Below, piece by piece: positions 25,911-37,428 of a DNA stretch of 64,000 nt. The notes beneath the pieces were generated by a model. That model saw only the letters and a list, made by a program, of their open reading frames with translations. It was not told the DNA's origin and searched no databases. The stretch's first letter is position 1. Each line of letters opens with the position of its first letter. Location: the NCBI RefSeq assembly GCF_036321535.1, contig NC_087436.1:78060001-78124000 (forward strand), in the 5' to 3' direction. The position numbers and the translations under genes are program-made. The DNA is from Camelus dromedarius (taxonomy: Eukaryota).

Positions 25911-26499
25911 GAGGTCATAATTATGCGGAGGATCGAGATAATCCTATAAAAACGTGCCTGAGTTGCCGACTTCTGAGTAATGAACCGGTTTTCTTTAATG
26001 TTAAATGCCAACAGCATTACTCAAGAAACGTGTCTTCCCTGTTGTTTTTCTCATAAAACCCACAACTTTTTTTCTATCAAGTCACTTGGAGGTTTTGGGG
26101 GTGGGAACCCCACTGGATCCAGGTTGGGTTTTCATTTGATTGCAATAGGTTAGAGGAAGTTGGTGGATCAGGAAGCGATTTCTAATTCCTTACATGGCCC
26201 AGGGAGTCCACATTATGACAGTTGGTCGCACTTGTCCCATAAGTCCTGCTGTGGGGCCACAAATTCTCGGCCCCCTCTCTCATGAAATCCCCCTCTTCCA
26301 TATCCACCAGTGCTCGTCTCCCACTCAAGCTCTGCTCATGCTCCCCACTAGAGGTGGCCTGGCCAGGGGTCCCAATCAAGAAGGCTAATTGTGATCAGAG
26401 AGGGCTGGGGTTAGGGGGTAGGACCCATCAGTCCAGGAATGGTAAGAGCCAGAGGGGTGAGCTCAGGCCACTGTCTCCACACCCCGCACACATCTGTGT

Positions 26500-26830
26500 A
26501 GCGGCTCATCTGTGCCAGACCCGAGCTAGCCATCAGCGACAGAGTGCGGAACAAGCCATAGTCCCTTGGTGTCTAGTAAGGGGTGTAGACATGTGAACTG
26601 CAGTTGTAACATTGTCATTATTGCCCACGACTGGGGACATACAGGGTGCACAGAGATGCGCTCCTAACCCAAAATGGGGAAAGTCACCAAGGGTTCCCCA
26701 AGGAAATAATATTGGAAACCAAGTAGGAATCAGCCAGATGAAGGAGCCTGGGATAAGGATGAGGAAGAAAGAAGTTTCCTAGCAGAGGGAGTAGCACGTA
26801 GGGTGAGCGAGCTGGCAGGGGAGCCCACGC
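26500..26830 (-). mobile_element. L2 fragment
   Basis: gtagcggctcatctgtgccagac...gaacaagccatagtcc...gtttcctagcagagggagtagcacg. Confidence 0.5.
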
Positions 26831-26894
26831 ACGGTCTGTCTGCTGAAGAGACAAAGGCTGGGGAAACAGCGCAGCTCAGCAGACCCCAGGGTAG

Positions 26895-27130
26895 GGTGTC
26901 ATAGTGTACAGATGCGGGAACAAATGCCAGCTCTGCAGTCTTCTCTGTTCCCTCTGCATGACTATAAGCAAATGATTTAACCCCTCAAAACATCATGTGT
27001 CATTTTTGTGAAGGAGATTATAATGTCCTCCTTTTGGGATTACTGTGGTAACAAAATTAAATAATGTATTAACAAGTCATCCAGCATCTTCCCTGACGCC
27101 AAGTACGCACTCGGTGCATGCTAGTTGTTG
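26895..27130 (+). mobile_element. MIR SINE
   Basis: caaatgccagctctgc...atgactataagcaaatgatttaacccctc...aagtacgcactcggtgcatgctag. Confidence 0.6.
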
Positions 27131-27474
27131 TCAACAGCCTGCCTAAGGTGGCAGGACTGAGGCTGCAGGGGGAGGTGGTTCAGCTGAGTCCAGATCATGA
27201 GGAGGCAGGAAGGGCAGTGAGCACCCAGACCCAGGCGGTGCTCTAACTGCATCAGACCTTCCTGCATCTGCTCTTTATGCTTGTCAGCCCAGGACACAGA
27301 GACAAGTACACACCAGTCCACACAACAGCCCAGGAATGTGACTCTGTTAATAAAACAGCATTTCACTTTGTCCACCTGTCTCAGCTGAGAATTCTTTCTC
27401 AAACAGCAGGCAGGGACCCACACATTTGGCAGGCTTTCCAATTTGGGGGTCTCTCTATCCGCTAACAACTCGGG

Positions 27475-27672
27475 CTCAGCTTTTCAATGCGAGGGGGGGG
27501 CTCTGTTCACATTCTGGGTGGGAAAATTCATTGTCGTGCGGGACTGTCCCTCACATAGCAAGACGTTTAGCATCTCTTGCCCCATCCACTATATCCAGTG
27601 GTCCCCTCTGTCTCTGTGACAGCACGTTGCTAAACACCCTTCAGGTTGGACTGTCCACCACTGAGAACCAGC
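27475..27672. mobile_element. MER20/MER20B-like hAT MITE
   Basis: tgggtgggaaaattcattgtcgtgcgggactgtccctcacatagcaagacgtttagcatc...cactgagaaccagct. Confidence 0.65.
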
Positions 27673-29284
27673 TCTTTAACCAAGAGTATTTCGAATTGAA
27701 AACATCCCTTAACCAAGGAAGATGAGAAACTCTTAGCCTGGAAAAGGTTTAGAGAGGGACCTGGAACTTCAAAGTAATAGGCTCTACTAAAGGTAAGTGC
27801 TTCAGAATACATCCATGGTGCAAGTTAAACTGATAAATACAGAGTTCTTCAAAGGAAAATCCCAATTGAATAAGTGATGTTCATGTTATTTATACCTTTC
27901 TATCCTACCTTCACCTACGAAGAAGAAATAACCTAAGTAAGGACAGTAAGTTCTCATTTGTGCTGTAGAGTAGACCAATTCTGTATGTCTGGTGAGTACT
28001 CACAGAGGACAAAGCAGAAGCTGGCACAAATTATGCGAATGGAAAGTTATAGTTGTGTTTCAGAATCGTCAGCAAATTAATTTCTCCGGCTATTTTAAAG
28101 AGTTATCCAGGCACTGGCTTCAGAGAAAACAACTCCTAGCTTTAAGTCCTTACATCATCTCGCAAAAATGATTCAAGGCTGATCAGAGTTTGTTGCTTAG
28201 TGTTCTTACTGGATGCACTGAACGTCACTTCCCCATATGTCCACCTTGCTCCTCCTTAGAGGGTAAGATAAAATACCACAGCATATGTCACTAAGGAGAT
28301 AACACTGGGACTCCAGGCCAGGGGAGGGATCGGTAGGTAGATACCAAGTTCCATTCCAGTATCACTTTCTACCGTCCGTTCTGGGTCCGAATCACCCTCT
28401 GCTCTGTTAGTTTGGATTTCCCGAGACCAGTCGGGGTGGCTTAAAGATTTGGAAATCCTCTGTACCCCTGGGGATACAGATTAACTCTGCCCCGAGGTCT
28501 GCTGCCACCGTCTGCCTCTCACACACTCTGCAGGCAGAGCGGCCCATGAAAGGCACCCCATATGCTGCCTTCCCGTCAACGGCGCGGCTCTGGCCGGCCA
28601 GCCGGTGCGCCCCTCTCCAGCTCTGCTCCTCAGCCCTTAGCAAACAAATAAGGACGAGACCCAGAGGGAAGACAATCAACCCTGCTGTTCCTCAACTCCC
28701 AGCCACGTGAGCTTTGCTGTTAAACAAGGTTGCTGTGTTTTACCTTCAGGGCAGAGAAACAGCGCACATTTTCAAAAGGATTTTTGAGATATTTGGGGTA
28801 GATAAACAAGCCTGCTAGAGGTCTATTGAAAATCCACAGTGATGAACATAAAGAAAGAATTAAGCATGGTTACCTAGCCACAAAACCCACTGTTGGTCCA
28901 GCCGGGTTATGCACTAAGGGAAGAATGCAGAAAGAGAGAGAGAGAGAGATGTTCAGGAAAACGTGTGACAGTAAGTAGCGTGTGCACCAAGCCACATCTC
29001 CATGGTTTGCTTTTTTTCTTTTCTTTTTTGGAAAAGTGAAAAAACAAACAAACAAACAAAAAGCTGGTAATAATTTTCTCACTTTTAATTTTTTATGTGA
29101 AATGTAGGATAAAGTCTAAATCAGATCAATCAAATTTTTAAAAGGCAGTGGTGGATCATTTTAAATGTTTCAATGGCATAAGATAAATCTAACAAAGGAC
29201 AGTGGTAGTAGCACATCCTGAGATTTCCCAAACTTGGGTTATTTTCTCATTCAAAGGATATGGCAGCATAAGACTAGACATATA

Positions 29285-29680
29285 AATTCTTGACAAGGGT
29301 GCCAAAACAATGTAGTAAGGAAAGAATGGTCTTTTCAACAAATGGTGCGTATCCATTTGCAAAAAAATGAAGTTGGACTCCTTCCTCACACCATAGATAA
29401 AAAAATTAACTCTAAATGGATCACAGATCTAAATGTCTAAACTAAAACTATTGAAACTCTTAGAAGAAAGCACAGAAGGCAACCTCATGACCTTGGGTTA
29501 AGCAAAGTCTTCTCAGATACAATATCCCAAGGAACAAAAGAAAAAAATAGATAACTTGGACTTCCTCAAAATTAAAAATTTTGCACTTCAAAGAATACCG
29601 TCAAGAAAGTGAAAAAATGAACCACAGAATGGGAGAATGTGTTTGCAAATTACATGTCTGATAAGGGATTTGCCTCGACA
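29285..29680 (+). mobile_element. L1M ORF2 fragment
   Basis: ttgacaagggtgccaaaacaat...gtcttttcaacaaatggtgc...catgtctgataagggattt. Confidence 0.88.
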
Positions 29681-29880
29681 ATGAACAGAGTAGAATTTTG
29701 CCAGATTGGAGGGTAAGGAATTCTGGGCAAAGGCAAGAGCCTGGAGGAGTGACAGTGCTGGGTCTGTTGAAGGAATAAAGAGCAGTGGCACAGACGTTGG
29801 GGCAACAGGACAATGGTGGGTAATGAGACTTTACAGGGAGGGAAAAGATGCACAAGTCAGGTCTCAAAAGATGCAAGGTA

Positions 29881-30080
29881 CTCTACGTCTGTGAGTCTGT
29901 TTCTGGTTTGTAAATCAGTTCATTTGTGTTTTTTTTTTTTAGATTCCACAGTTAAGTGATATCATATGATATTTGTCCTTCTCTGTCTGACTTACTTCAC
30001 TTAATATGATAATCTCTAGGTCCATCCATGTTGCTGCAAATGGCATTATTTCATTTCTTTTTTATGGCTGAGTAATATTC
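29881..30080 (-). mobile_element. Artiodactyl-type L1 fragment (ORF2 end/3'UTR, no tail)
   Basis: tctgtgagtctgtttct...ctctaggtccatccatgttgctgcaaatggcattatttc...tttatggctgagtaatattcc. Confidence 0.9.
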
Positions 30081-30542
30081 CTCTCAAATTCTCACTTCAA
30101 CACTGGACACTGACAAACGAACATGCAGATTTTAGAAGAGATTTCAACTCTCATTCCCATCTCAGCACAATGACTCTTTCCCTCACTTCAGCCAAACTTC
30201 ATACAAACCCAGGTTTTTTCTAAACAGTAATTCACACTATGTGATGTCATGACTTGCCTATAACATTTCTTCAGCTCCAATCAAGTCATCCCCAGGCTGA
30301 CGAATCTTCAGTGGTGAAGATGCAAGCATATGAATTGAGGCAGAGGTCAATCTAAGTGGGCTGGGAAGATGAGAGAAGGCACAGGAATAGCATTCCTGGG
30401 AGAGATGGGCTTTGGATTTGTTTTGGAAAATGAGTGTCTTTTGGATACCTGGAAAGGAGAAAGTGATTCCGAATAAGGACAGAACAAAGGCCCAGGAAGA
30501 GGTAGAAATATGGCAAGATGACAGGTATACTCAGCCGTCTCC

Positions 30543-30950
30543 TGCTATAGGCTGAATTCTGCCCCCCTCAAAATGCATGTGTTGAAGCTGTAACCCCCAC
30601 TCTCCACTCCCAGGACCTCAGAGTGTGACTGAAGATAGGTCCTTAAAGAGCTGATTAAGTTAAGTGAGACCATTAGGGTGGGCTCTAATTCAATCTGACT
30701 GGCGTTCTTACACAAAGAGGAGATTTGGACACACACACGGAGGCACCAGGGATGCACACGGAGGGAAAACCCATGAGCACAGCAAGGAGACAGCCAACCA
30801 CAGCCAAGGAGAGAGGCCCTGGAAGAAACCAATCCTGTGAGCACCTGATCGCGAAATTTCAGCCTCCAGAACGGTGGAAAAATCAACGTGCTGTTTAAAT
30901 CAGCCAGGCTGCGGTATTGCGTTATGGCAGCCCTAGCAGATGACCATTCA
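30543..30950 (+). mobile_element. MaLR LTR (MLT1B-like)
   Basis: tgctataggctgaattctgcccccctcaaaat...attagggtgggctctaattcaatctgactgg...gttatggcagccctagca. Confidence 0.88.
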
Positions 30951-30989
30951 GCCACGCCTCCCCTCCGCCCTCCCACCTGGCAGAGCCCA

Positions 30990-31350
30990 CCTCCCACCAC
31001 AGAGTCTCCCAGCTGCCCCTGCAGCTAAGCCACGGACAGCTGGACCCATCCTGGAGCAGAAGGGAAAGTCGACTGAGGGGCGCAGGGAAAGGTGTTCTTC
31101 CATCATAAACAGGAGAGACAGGTGCTGGCAGGAGGTCCTGCCTAGAACTCTGGGCTTCGAGGACAGAACCCCTGGAGTTGTGGCGGTCACCTTGGACCAC
31201 GAGGTGAACCTAAGAAAATGACAGAGAGGCTGCTCCAGCACCCTTGACAATATCGAGCCACCGAATCAACTCTGTAACTGCCGTCCTTAGATTTCTTGTC
31301 ATGTCCCGTTGTCTAAGCCCATCTTAATTGGATTTCTTACTTATTTGGCT
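30990..31350 (+). mobile_element. Old MaLR LTR fragment (MLT1L-like)
   Basis: cctggagttgtggcggtcaccttggaccacgagg...gagccaccgaatcaac...agatttcttgtcatgt. Confidence 0.5.
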
Positions 31351-32082
31351 CAGGGAGGAGAATGGGAGAGATCACATTAGTGAAACCAAATAGACCCAGG
31401 TTTTGGAAAAAGGCCTCTGAGGGCTTTGTAGAAAGCAATGTAGAAATGTGGGGAAGAGAAAGAAGAATTAGAAATAAATGCTCAGCCTCTAGGCTGGGAG
31501 CCTGTGGAATGGGAATACCTATAAGGTGGGTCATTTTCTCCTCTGGGAGAACGTGTCCTTTTTCTCAGCCCATCTCTCTGAGCGTGTGGCTCGGTGAGGG
31601 TTCAGCCTGCGAGGAGGAGGGACTGTCTTTTCTAAATCGGCTGAGAGTGGAACTGGGTCTGGGGTAGCAATGGAAAAGAGATTCGGAAGGGAGTCCTGTC
31701 AGCGGGCCAAGTGGATGCTAATACCTGCTGTTAAAGAAAGTATCTCCACTACTCACATCAGACCTCGAAGCACAGAACCCAGTGCTTGCTATCTGTGGCC
31801 AGGTTTACAATAATTCAAGTGAAATTCTTTTGAGCTGTAAAAACCTTGTGAACTGTGAGCCTGTACAAGCTTTGCAGTGAGAGTCTGGGGGCCTGATGTC
31901 TGGCCGAAGTCTACTGCTAACCGAATGACCTCAGACAAGTCACGACTTCTCTGGACCTCAGTGGCTTCAGAGCAGAACAAGGGAGTTTGATGGTTTAATG
32001 AGAACAGTGGCCCCTCCATTTGTTTTTTTTTTTAGCAGTGGAACTCTTTCTTGAGATAAATCATATTCAAACCCCCAATATC

Positions 32083-32234
32083 GGGGGGGAGGGTATAGCT
32101 CAGTGGTAGAGCATGTGCTTAGCATACACGAGGTCCTGGGTTCAATCCCCAGTACCTCCATTAAATAAATAAATAAATAAACCTAATCCCTCCTCCCCCC
32201 AAAAAAGACCCAAACAAAAAATGATAAAATTTTT
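32083..32234 (+). mobile_element. Full-length vic-1-type SINE
   Basis: ggggagggtatagctcagtggtagagc (A box)...ggttcaatccc (B box)...aaataaacctaat tail; degenerate TSD aaacccccaatatc (32069-32082) / aaaaacccagtatc (32235-32248). Confidence 0.95.
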
Positions 32235-32279
32235 AAAAACCCAGTATCTAATAATCAAAGTGGTACCAGTCATAATTCA

Positions 32280-32500
32280 CAGTGATTGCATATCTACACT
32301 TTGCCAGGCTTTGTACTAAGCACTCTAGGTAGACAACCTCATTTAAATTCTCACTCTTAACACTATAATGTAAGAAATTTTACGGTCATTTCTGTTTTAC
32401 AAGTGAGGAAACTGAGGCACAGAAAAGTTAAGAAACTTGCCCAAGATCACACAGCTAGCACAGAGCAGGGAGTCTGACTCTCCAGTCGTGGCTCTTAACC
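32280..32500 (-). mobile_element. MIR SINE
   Basis: gttttacaagtgaggaaactgaggcacagaaaagttaagaaacttgcccaagatcacacagctag core. Confidence 0.88.
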
Positions 32501-32527
32501 TCCAGACTAAATGGAAGCCCTGTTTGG

Positions 32528-32529
<2 letters not shown>

Positions 32530-32574
<45 letters not shown>
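32530..32574. repeat. (TG)22 microsatellite
   Basis: Read directly. Confidence 0.98.
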
Positions 32575-32575
<1 letters not shown>

Positions 32576-33309
32576 TGTTGTCTGTGTGCCTGCATGTGTT
32601 TTATGTTATGGGGAAAGGGGCAGGTGAAATTGTTAATACAACAGAGTCCAGAAAACTTGGCTTTCTCATTCATCCCCTGAGGTTGCCCTATGGCACCCTC
32701 CAGAGACCTGGGAAGCCACAGGGGAAAAAACCCACCAATCTACATGCTCTTCAGTGCAGTAATGTATTAACCCAGGAGGCAGGGGGAGGTCATCTGAATG
32801 GGTTTTGTGGGGCGAGGGGAAGTATGATACAACTGGAGAACAAAGCAGCATAGTATCCCCATGTTTTGATTTGTTTTTAGTTGCTTTATTATGTTTACTT
32901 AATTTATTTTAAATTTTAATTCACATCAATAGCCATGTGAAGATCACACACTCATACACATAAAGGAAAAAGAGCTGAGATTAAAATTTTGAGAACCACT
33001 GATTAGATAGCTCTTCAGATCTGTGCATTTTAATTTCCCTGGTTCTGCCCTTTACTCAGTTTCTGCTCATTCTCACCTCTCGTTGCTCAGCTTCCTAACC
33101 CTGTGTCAGGTAAGGTGGGTCACACTCCCTCATTCACATGAGCACTTGTGTGACAGGCCAGCCACTGGCTCCTACTAGGATAATAATCATTAGAAAAGCT
33201 CACATTTATTGCATGTTTATTATGTGCCAGAAACCACAATAAAGATTTGTATATACGTAAACTGATCCTCACATGATCCCACACATCTACTATGTGCTAA
33301 GCAGACTGT

Positions 33310-33550
33310 CTTCGGGAGGCCTTTTTGAACCTCCTGGCCTAAGAGAAGTGGCCCTTCTGTGAGCTCTCATCACACCTGGCACATGCCTCTAACATAGCAC
33401 AGAGCCAGTCACACCGGTTCATGTGACACATCTGCTTCCTGAATAAACTATAAGCTCCTGGAGGGCAAAAACGTCTGATATAGCCTACATTTCTCATACT
33501 AGGCAGAGGGACTGGCACACAGTAGGCACTCAATAAATGTTTGCCCAACA
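33310..33550 (+). mobile_element. L2 3' end
   Basis: aactataagctcctggagggcaaaa...ctggcacacagtaggcactcaataaatgtttg. Confidence 0.8.
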
Positions 33551-33714
33551 CTGGCAGACACTTTCACTTAGCTACCCCAGGTGCCTCCTGAGCCCATCAT
33601 CCCTCCTTGGTCACTTCCACTCTGGAGACTGGAAAAGCTAGGTAACTTACCAGGTTTTCAAAAAAATTCTGGGAAAGATATTTCTCCTCCTAACATTATA
33701 AAGTTGTCTGACAA

Positions 33715-33940
33715 GAAAACTCTGTGAGGATATGATGCTTAGTGCTACTGCAGCCATTCTGTGATGATGAGGGAAAGGCCAAGAGAATCACAGGAACCCA
33801 GGACCAGATCCTTGATATCTTTGAGCCACTGAACCTTTTTTAGGATCACCTCTCTCCAAGACTACCTGCTATGTAAGAGAAATAAACTGTTTATTAAAAA
33901 CACTAGGAGTTTCTGTTACTTCCAGCTTAAAGCATTCCTT
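33715..33940 (+). mobile_element. Old MaLR LTR fragment (MLT1L/K-like)
   Basis: ctgcagccattctgtgatgatgagggaaaggccaagagaatcacag...ttgagccactgaa...ttctgttacttccagcttaaagcattcct. Confidence 0.65.
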
Positions 33941-34007
33941 TTTACATATGAACGTTTTGAAATCAATAAAAACTGTTCTCTAACCTTAAAAAAAGACCCC
34001 TTAAAAA

Positions 34008-34200
34008 AGGGTTACCAGAGTAAATACAAGACACCAGATTAAATATAGTACTTGTTAAAGACAATGAGTAATTTTTCAGTGTCAAGTATGTCCATTCAAT
34101 ACTTAGGACATACTTATATTTAAAAAAAAAACTTGTGGTTTATTAGAAATTCAAATTGAACTGGGTGTCCTGTATTTTTATTTGCTAAATCTGGCAGCTT
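34008..34200. mobile_element. MER53 palindromic hAT MITE
   Basis: agggttaccaga...aagtatgtcc/ggacatactt central inverted repeat...gtgtcctgtatttttatttgctaaatctggca. Confidence 0.88.
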
Positions 34201-34530
34201 TTTCTGAATAGTAGTAAACAGCTTCTAAGAGAAGCAGAAGAGATGCTTATATCTGGACATCTGATTTAGCAAACAAAACCACTCCCAGGATGAGATAACA
34301 GCAATCATAACAACGTACATCACACGATCCTTCACAGGTTTCATGCAACTTTCATAGACATGACTCATTCAATAACTAGCTGATGTTTACATTTTATAAA
34401 ATCACTGGATCCTAATGGGTTTTCTGTCCAAGGTGGCAGAGCTGGTAAGTAAACGAACTGAAATCTGAACTCACATCTCCAGATTTTTGGTCCTATGCTG
34501 TTTCTTTTTAATTGAGGGTCTCAGACTTTT

Positions 34531-34656
34531 TTGGGGTGGTGGTGGTGGTAATTAGGTTTATCTATTTACTTTTTTTAGAGGAGGTACTAGGGATTGAACC
34601 CAGGACCTCATGCATGCTAAGTATGTGCTCCACCACTTTGAGCTATACCCTTCCCC
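34531..34656 (-). mobile_element. vic-1-type SINE inserted at the end of a MER5A
   Basis: Reverse tRNA head plus ggtaattaggttta tail; TSD tgagggtctcagactttt (34513-34530) / tgaggatctcaaactttt (34657-34674). Confidence 0.95.
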
Positions 34657-34830
34657 TGAGGATCTCAAACTTTTACATCAGAATTACCTGGAAAGCTTGT
34701 TAAAACACAGACTGCCAGAACTTCACCAGTCGTAGGTCTAGGGTAGGGCCCAAGAATTTGCACTTCTAACAGGTTTCCAGATAATGCTGATGCTGCTAGC
34801 ACAGAGAGCACACTTTTTGGAAATCTGCTG
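34657..34830. mobile_element. MER5A MITE
   Basis: catcagaattacctggaaagcttgttaaaacacagact...gtaggtctagggtagggcccaagaatttgcacttctaaca. Confidence 0.85.
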
Positions 34831-35779
34831 CTTTATACTAAGGCAACGTTTTTCTAGCAGGACAGAATCAACAAACATCTATCGTGTTTCCAAGAAGAGA
34901 AAAACCTAGATGGTATGTCAAAGCCAACGAATAACACATTAATTGCAAAGGAAAATAAGCCCTCTTTTTCTTTGACTTGCATTACTTTGAGCTTGCAAGA
35001 TAAATGCGTACGTGGAGAAGCACGTGAAAATGAACCTACTGCTCTCTCTTGAATACTGCTTTTTATCCATGGGTAGAGATGCTGCCCAAACAAGCTGGAG
35101 ATGGGTGTGTGTGTCTCTGTGTCTCTGTGTGCTGCATTTCTGCAGGATGGGCTGCAAGAAGCTTAGGGTCACTTACAAAACTGCTCAGGGGCCTGGAAGT
35201 GAGAATCCCTGTTGTCCTCATCTCTACAATCACGTGTGGCTCAGGGAGTGAAATTTGACCCTTTGGATGGTAAACCAAGCAATAGCCTTCTTTTAGCCAG
35301 AGTAAATTACATCCTCCCTCTTTGTTTTCTCCTCTCCTTGTCTCCTTCATACTCCCACAGCAGCCACCTACCAGACAGGAAGATAAAACAAATAAAGAGG
35401 AGTGGCCGATTGGAAGGCAGTCAAGTGTGGTTGCCAAACCACAGGCAAGCGGCGGGTGATGGAGGGACGACGTGGAAGAGAAGAAGAGAGCCATTTAGCC
35501 TCTGAGTCTCTGAGTGATAATTCCGCTGTCTACATAAACAGTGGCTGAGAGCATTAAAAATAAATAGAATCATACCGCAAACATGGCCCATATTCTTGGG
35601 GCCTCCCTCCATGGGTAAGTCCTGAAAGTTTCTTGGGGACCTGCAACACTCCCCAGCCAACCCTGGACCCTCTGGTAGGTAAACCAGGACCCCTCACCAC
35701 ATTTCCGGGTCAGCAACTACTTCTCGTCTGTCCAGATAGCTTCTTCCACCATGAGACAATGAAGAGCACTCAGTGTCAC

Positions 35780-36760
35780 TTATTAATTTTCAAAAACATT
35801 AACGTTGCATAAAACTACAAAAAACGATACAACCACACTCATTGTACTATGATCCAGGCTGAGCAACTGCTCCATTTGGTTGTCTGTCTTCCAGGTTTTA
35901 CTATTTTGTTTTAGTGGAATTAAATGACAGATATAGTCAAAGATCTTCAGCCACCTGTCCTTTTCCCCTCATCCTTCTCAGGCAACAAATATCATGAGTT
36001 TTGATACCTTATATTCCATTTTTAAAAGTTTACATACATAAACATGCATTACAAAGCAACCCAAAATATTATCATTTGTACACAAGTGATTCATATTGAG
36101 TGTTGTGTTCTTCTCCTTGTTTTCACACAACATAAAGTTCTTGAGATCTAACCAGTTGATTTAGATGATCCCTTTTCACTGCTCACTTTATTTGCCCATT
36201 CATTCCTCTGTAGTGGACATGTGGACTGTTTCTAACTTTGTGTACGCTTATAAACAAAACCGCAATGTCCATCCTATTACATGGCCTGGCGCACATACAC
36301 CAGAGTTTCTGCTGGGTATGGACACGCAAGTGGGAGTATTAAGACCTATGTATTTTATCTTGAATTTTACTAGATGCTTCAGTATAGCTTGAAAGTAGGT
36401 TTTATATTCCCAAGACCAGTGCAGGAGGATACTATTCCACCCACATCGAGACAGCTCTTCAAATTATCAGACTTCTTAGTTTTTGCTAATGTCAGACTAC
36501 AGTAAAAGGTGTCTGCCTCTTGGATGTTTTAATTCACATTTCCTTGTGACCCATTAAGTTTTTTTCTGATTCAGTTTCCTTCTCTGTCAATTTCCTGTTC
36601 ACATTCTTTGCTCATTTTTCTATGCAGTTATTTGTCTTTAGTCTACTGATTTAAAGAAATCCATTTAAACATATATTCTGAACAATAATAATTTATGTAT
36701 ATACATAGCAAGTATCTTCTCCCTGTCCTTGGCTTGTGTTTTAACATTATTTATGAATCA
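35780..36760 (-). mobile_element. Degenerate L1ME-like fragments
   Basis: Antisense L1M motifs (ttcttgagatctaacca, gtggacatgtggactgtttctaac, ttctttgctcatttttctat). Confidence 0.6.
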
Positions 36761-36898
36761 GTTATTAGATAAAGAAGCTAAAAGAAGCAATCACAGACAG
36801 TGCACTTGGCACCATCACATACAATACTTCAGTGGGCTAGGGGGAAAAGAAACTCAGATTCAAAAGCAAAGTTGTACTTGGGGAAACCAACATTTAAA

Positions 36899-36943
36899 TA
36901 AATAAACCTAATTACCTCCCCCCAAAAAAATAAAAAATAAAAA
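36899..36943 (+). mobile_element. 3'-only remnant of a vic-1-type SINE
   Basis: taaataaacctaattacctcccccc plus A-rich tail, matching the tails of other SINE copies in this window; flanked by aacatttaaa at 36889-36898 and 36944-36953. Confidence 0.85.
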
Positions 36944-37309
36944 AACATTTAAAGTCATGTCTAAAAGCCACAAATTCAGTGCTCACTCCACCACAAACCA
37001 ACATGCTTGCTCATGTGTTTCCTCTTGCAGAAACACTGTAAAGTCTCATCACAGTTAAAGTGGGCAACAAGAGAATTTATGGCAACAGAAGTATTTTGGG
37101 ACATTTGTTAAAAGGCCAGAGATTTTTCTTCCTTAGGGCTGGGGTGAGTCCCACAAACATGCATGGCAAACAAGCTTCAGGAGACAAAGATGTAGCAGGT
37201 CAGCAGGCCAGACTTTGAGAACACTCTTGACAGAGTTGAGAGACCAGAGTACTTACTGAAGCTGATAGGGTCCCAAGGAGGTGTGGGGTTCCAGCCACCT
37301 GTGGGAATG

Positions 37310-37428
37310 TTGGACGTGTCTCTCCCCTGTTGGTCTACAGACTCTGTGAGGACAGGGACTTTCCTCTTCTGTTTTTTTGCCAGCATCTACATCATGCCTG
37401 ACTCAACAAATCATTGTAGAATGAAGAA
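37310..37428 (+). mobile_element. L2 tail fragment
   Basis: gtctctcccctgttggtctacagactctgtgaggacagggac...ctcaacaaatcattgtagaatgaa. Confidence 0.65.

Noticed and set aside
28407..28679. Minus-strand ORF with a signal-peptide-like N-terminus
   Set aside because: Starts at a TTG rather than ATG, no recognisable homology, length within chance expectation
32083..32160. tRNA-Ala(AGC)-like gene (also at 5615-5692, 23528-23603, 34580-34656 and 61911-61981)
   Set aside because: The copies are diverged and carry SINE tails or A-rich ends, several with TSDs. They are vic-1-type SINEs, not tRNA genes.
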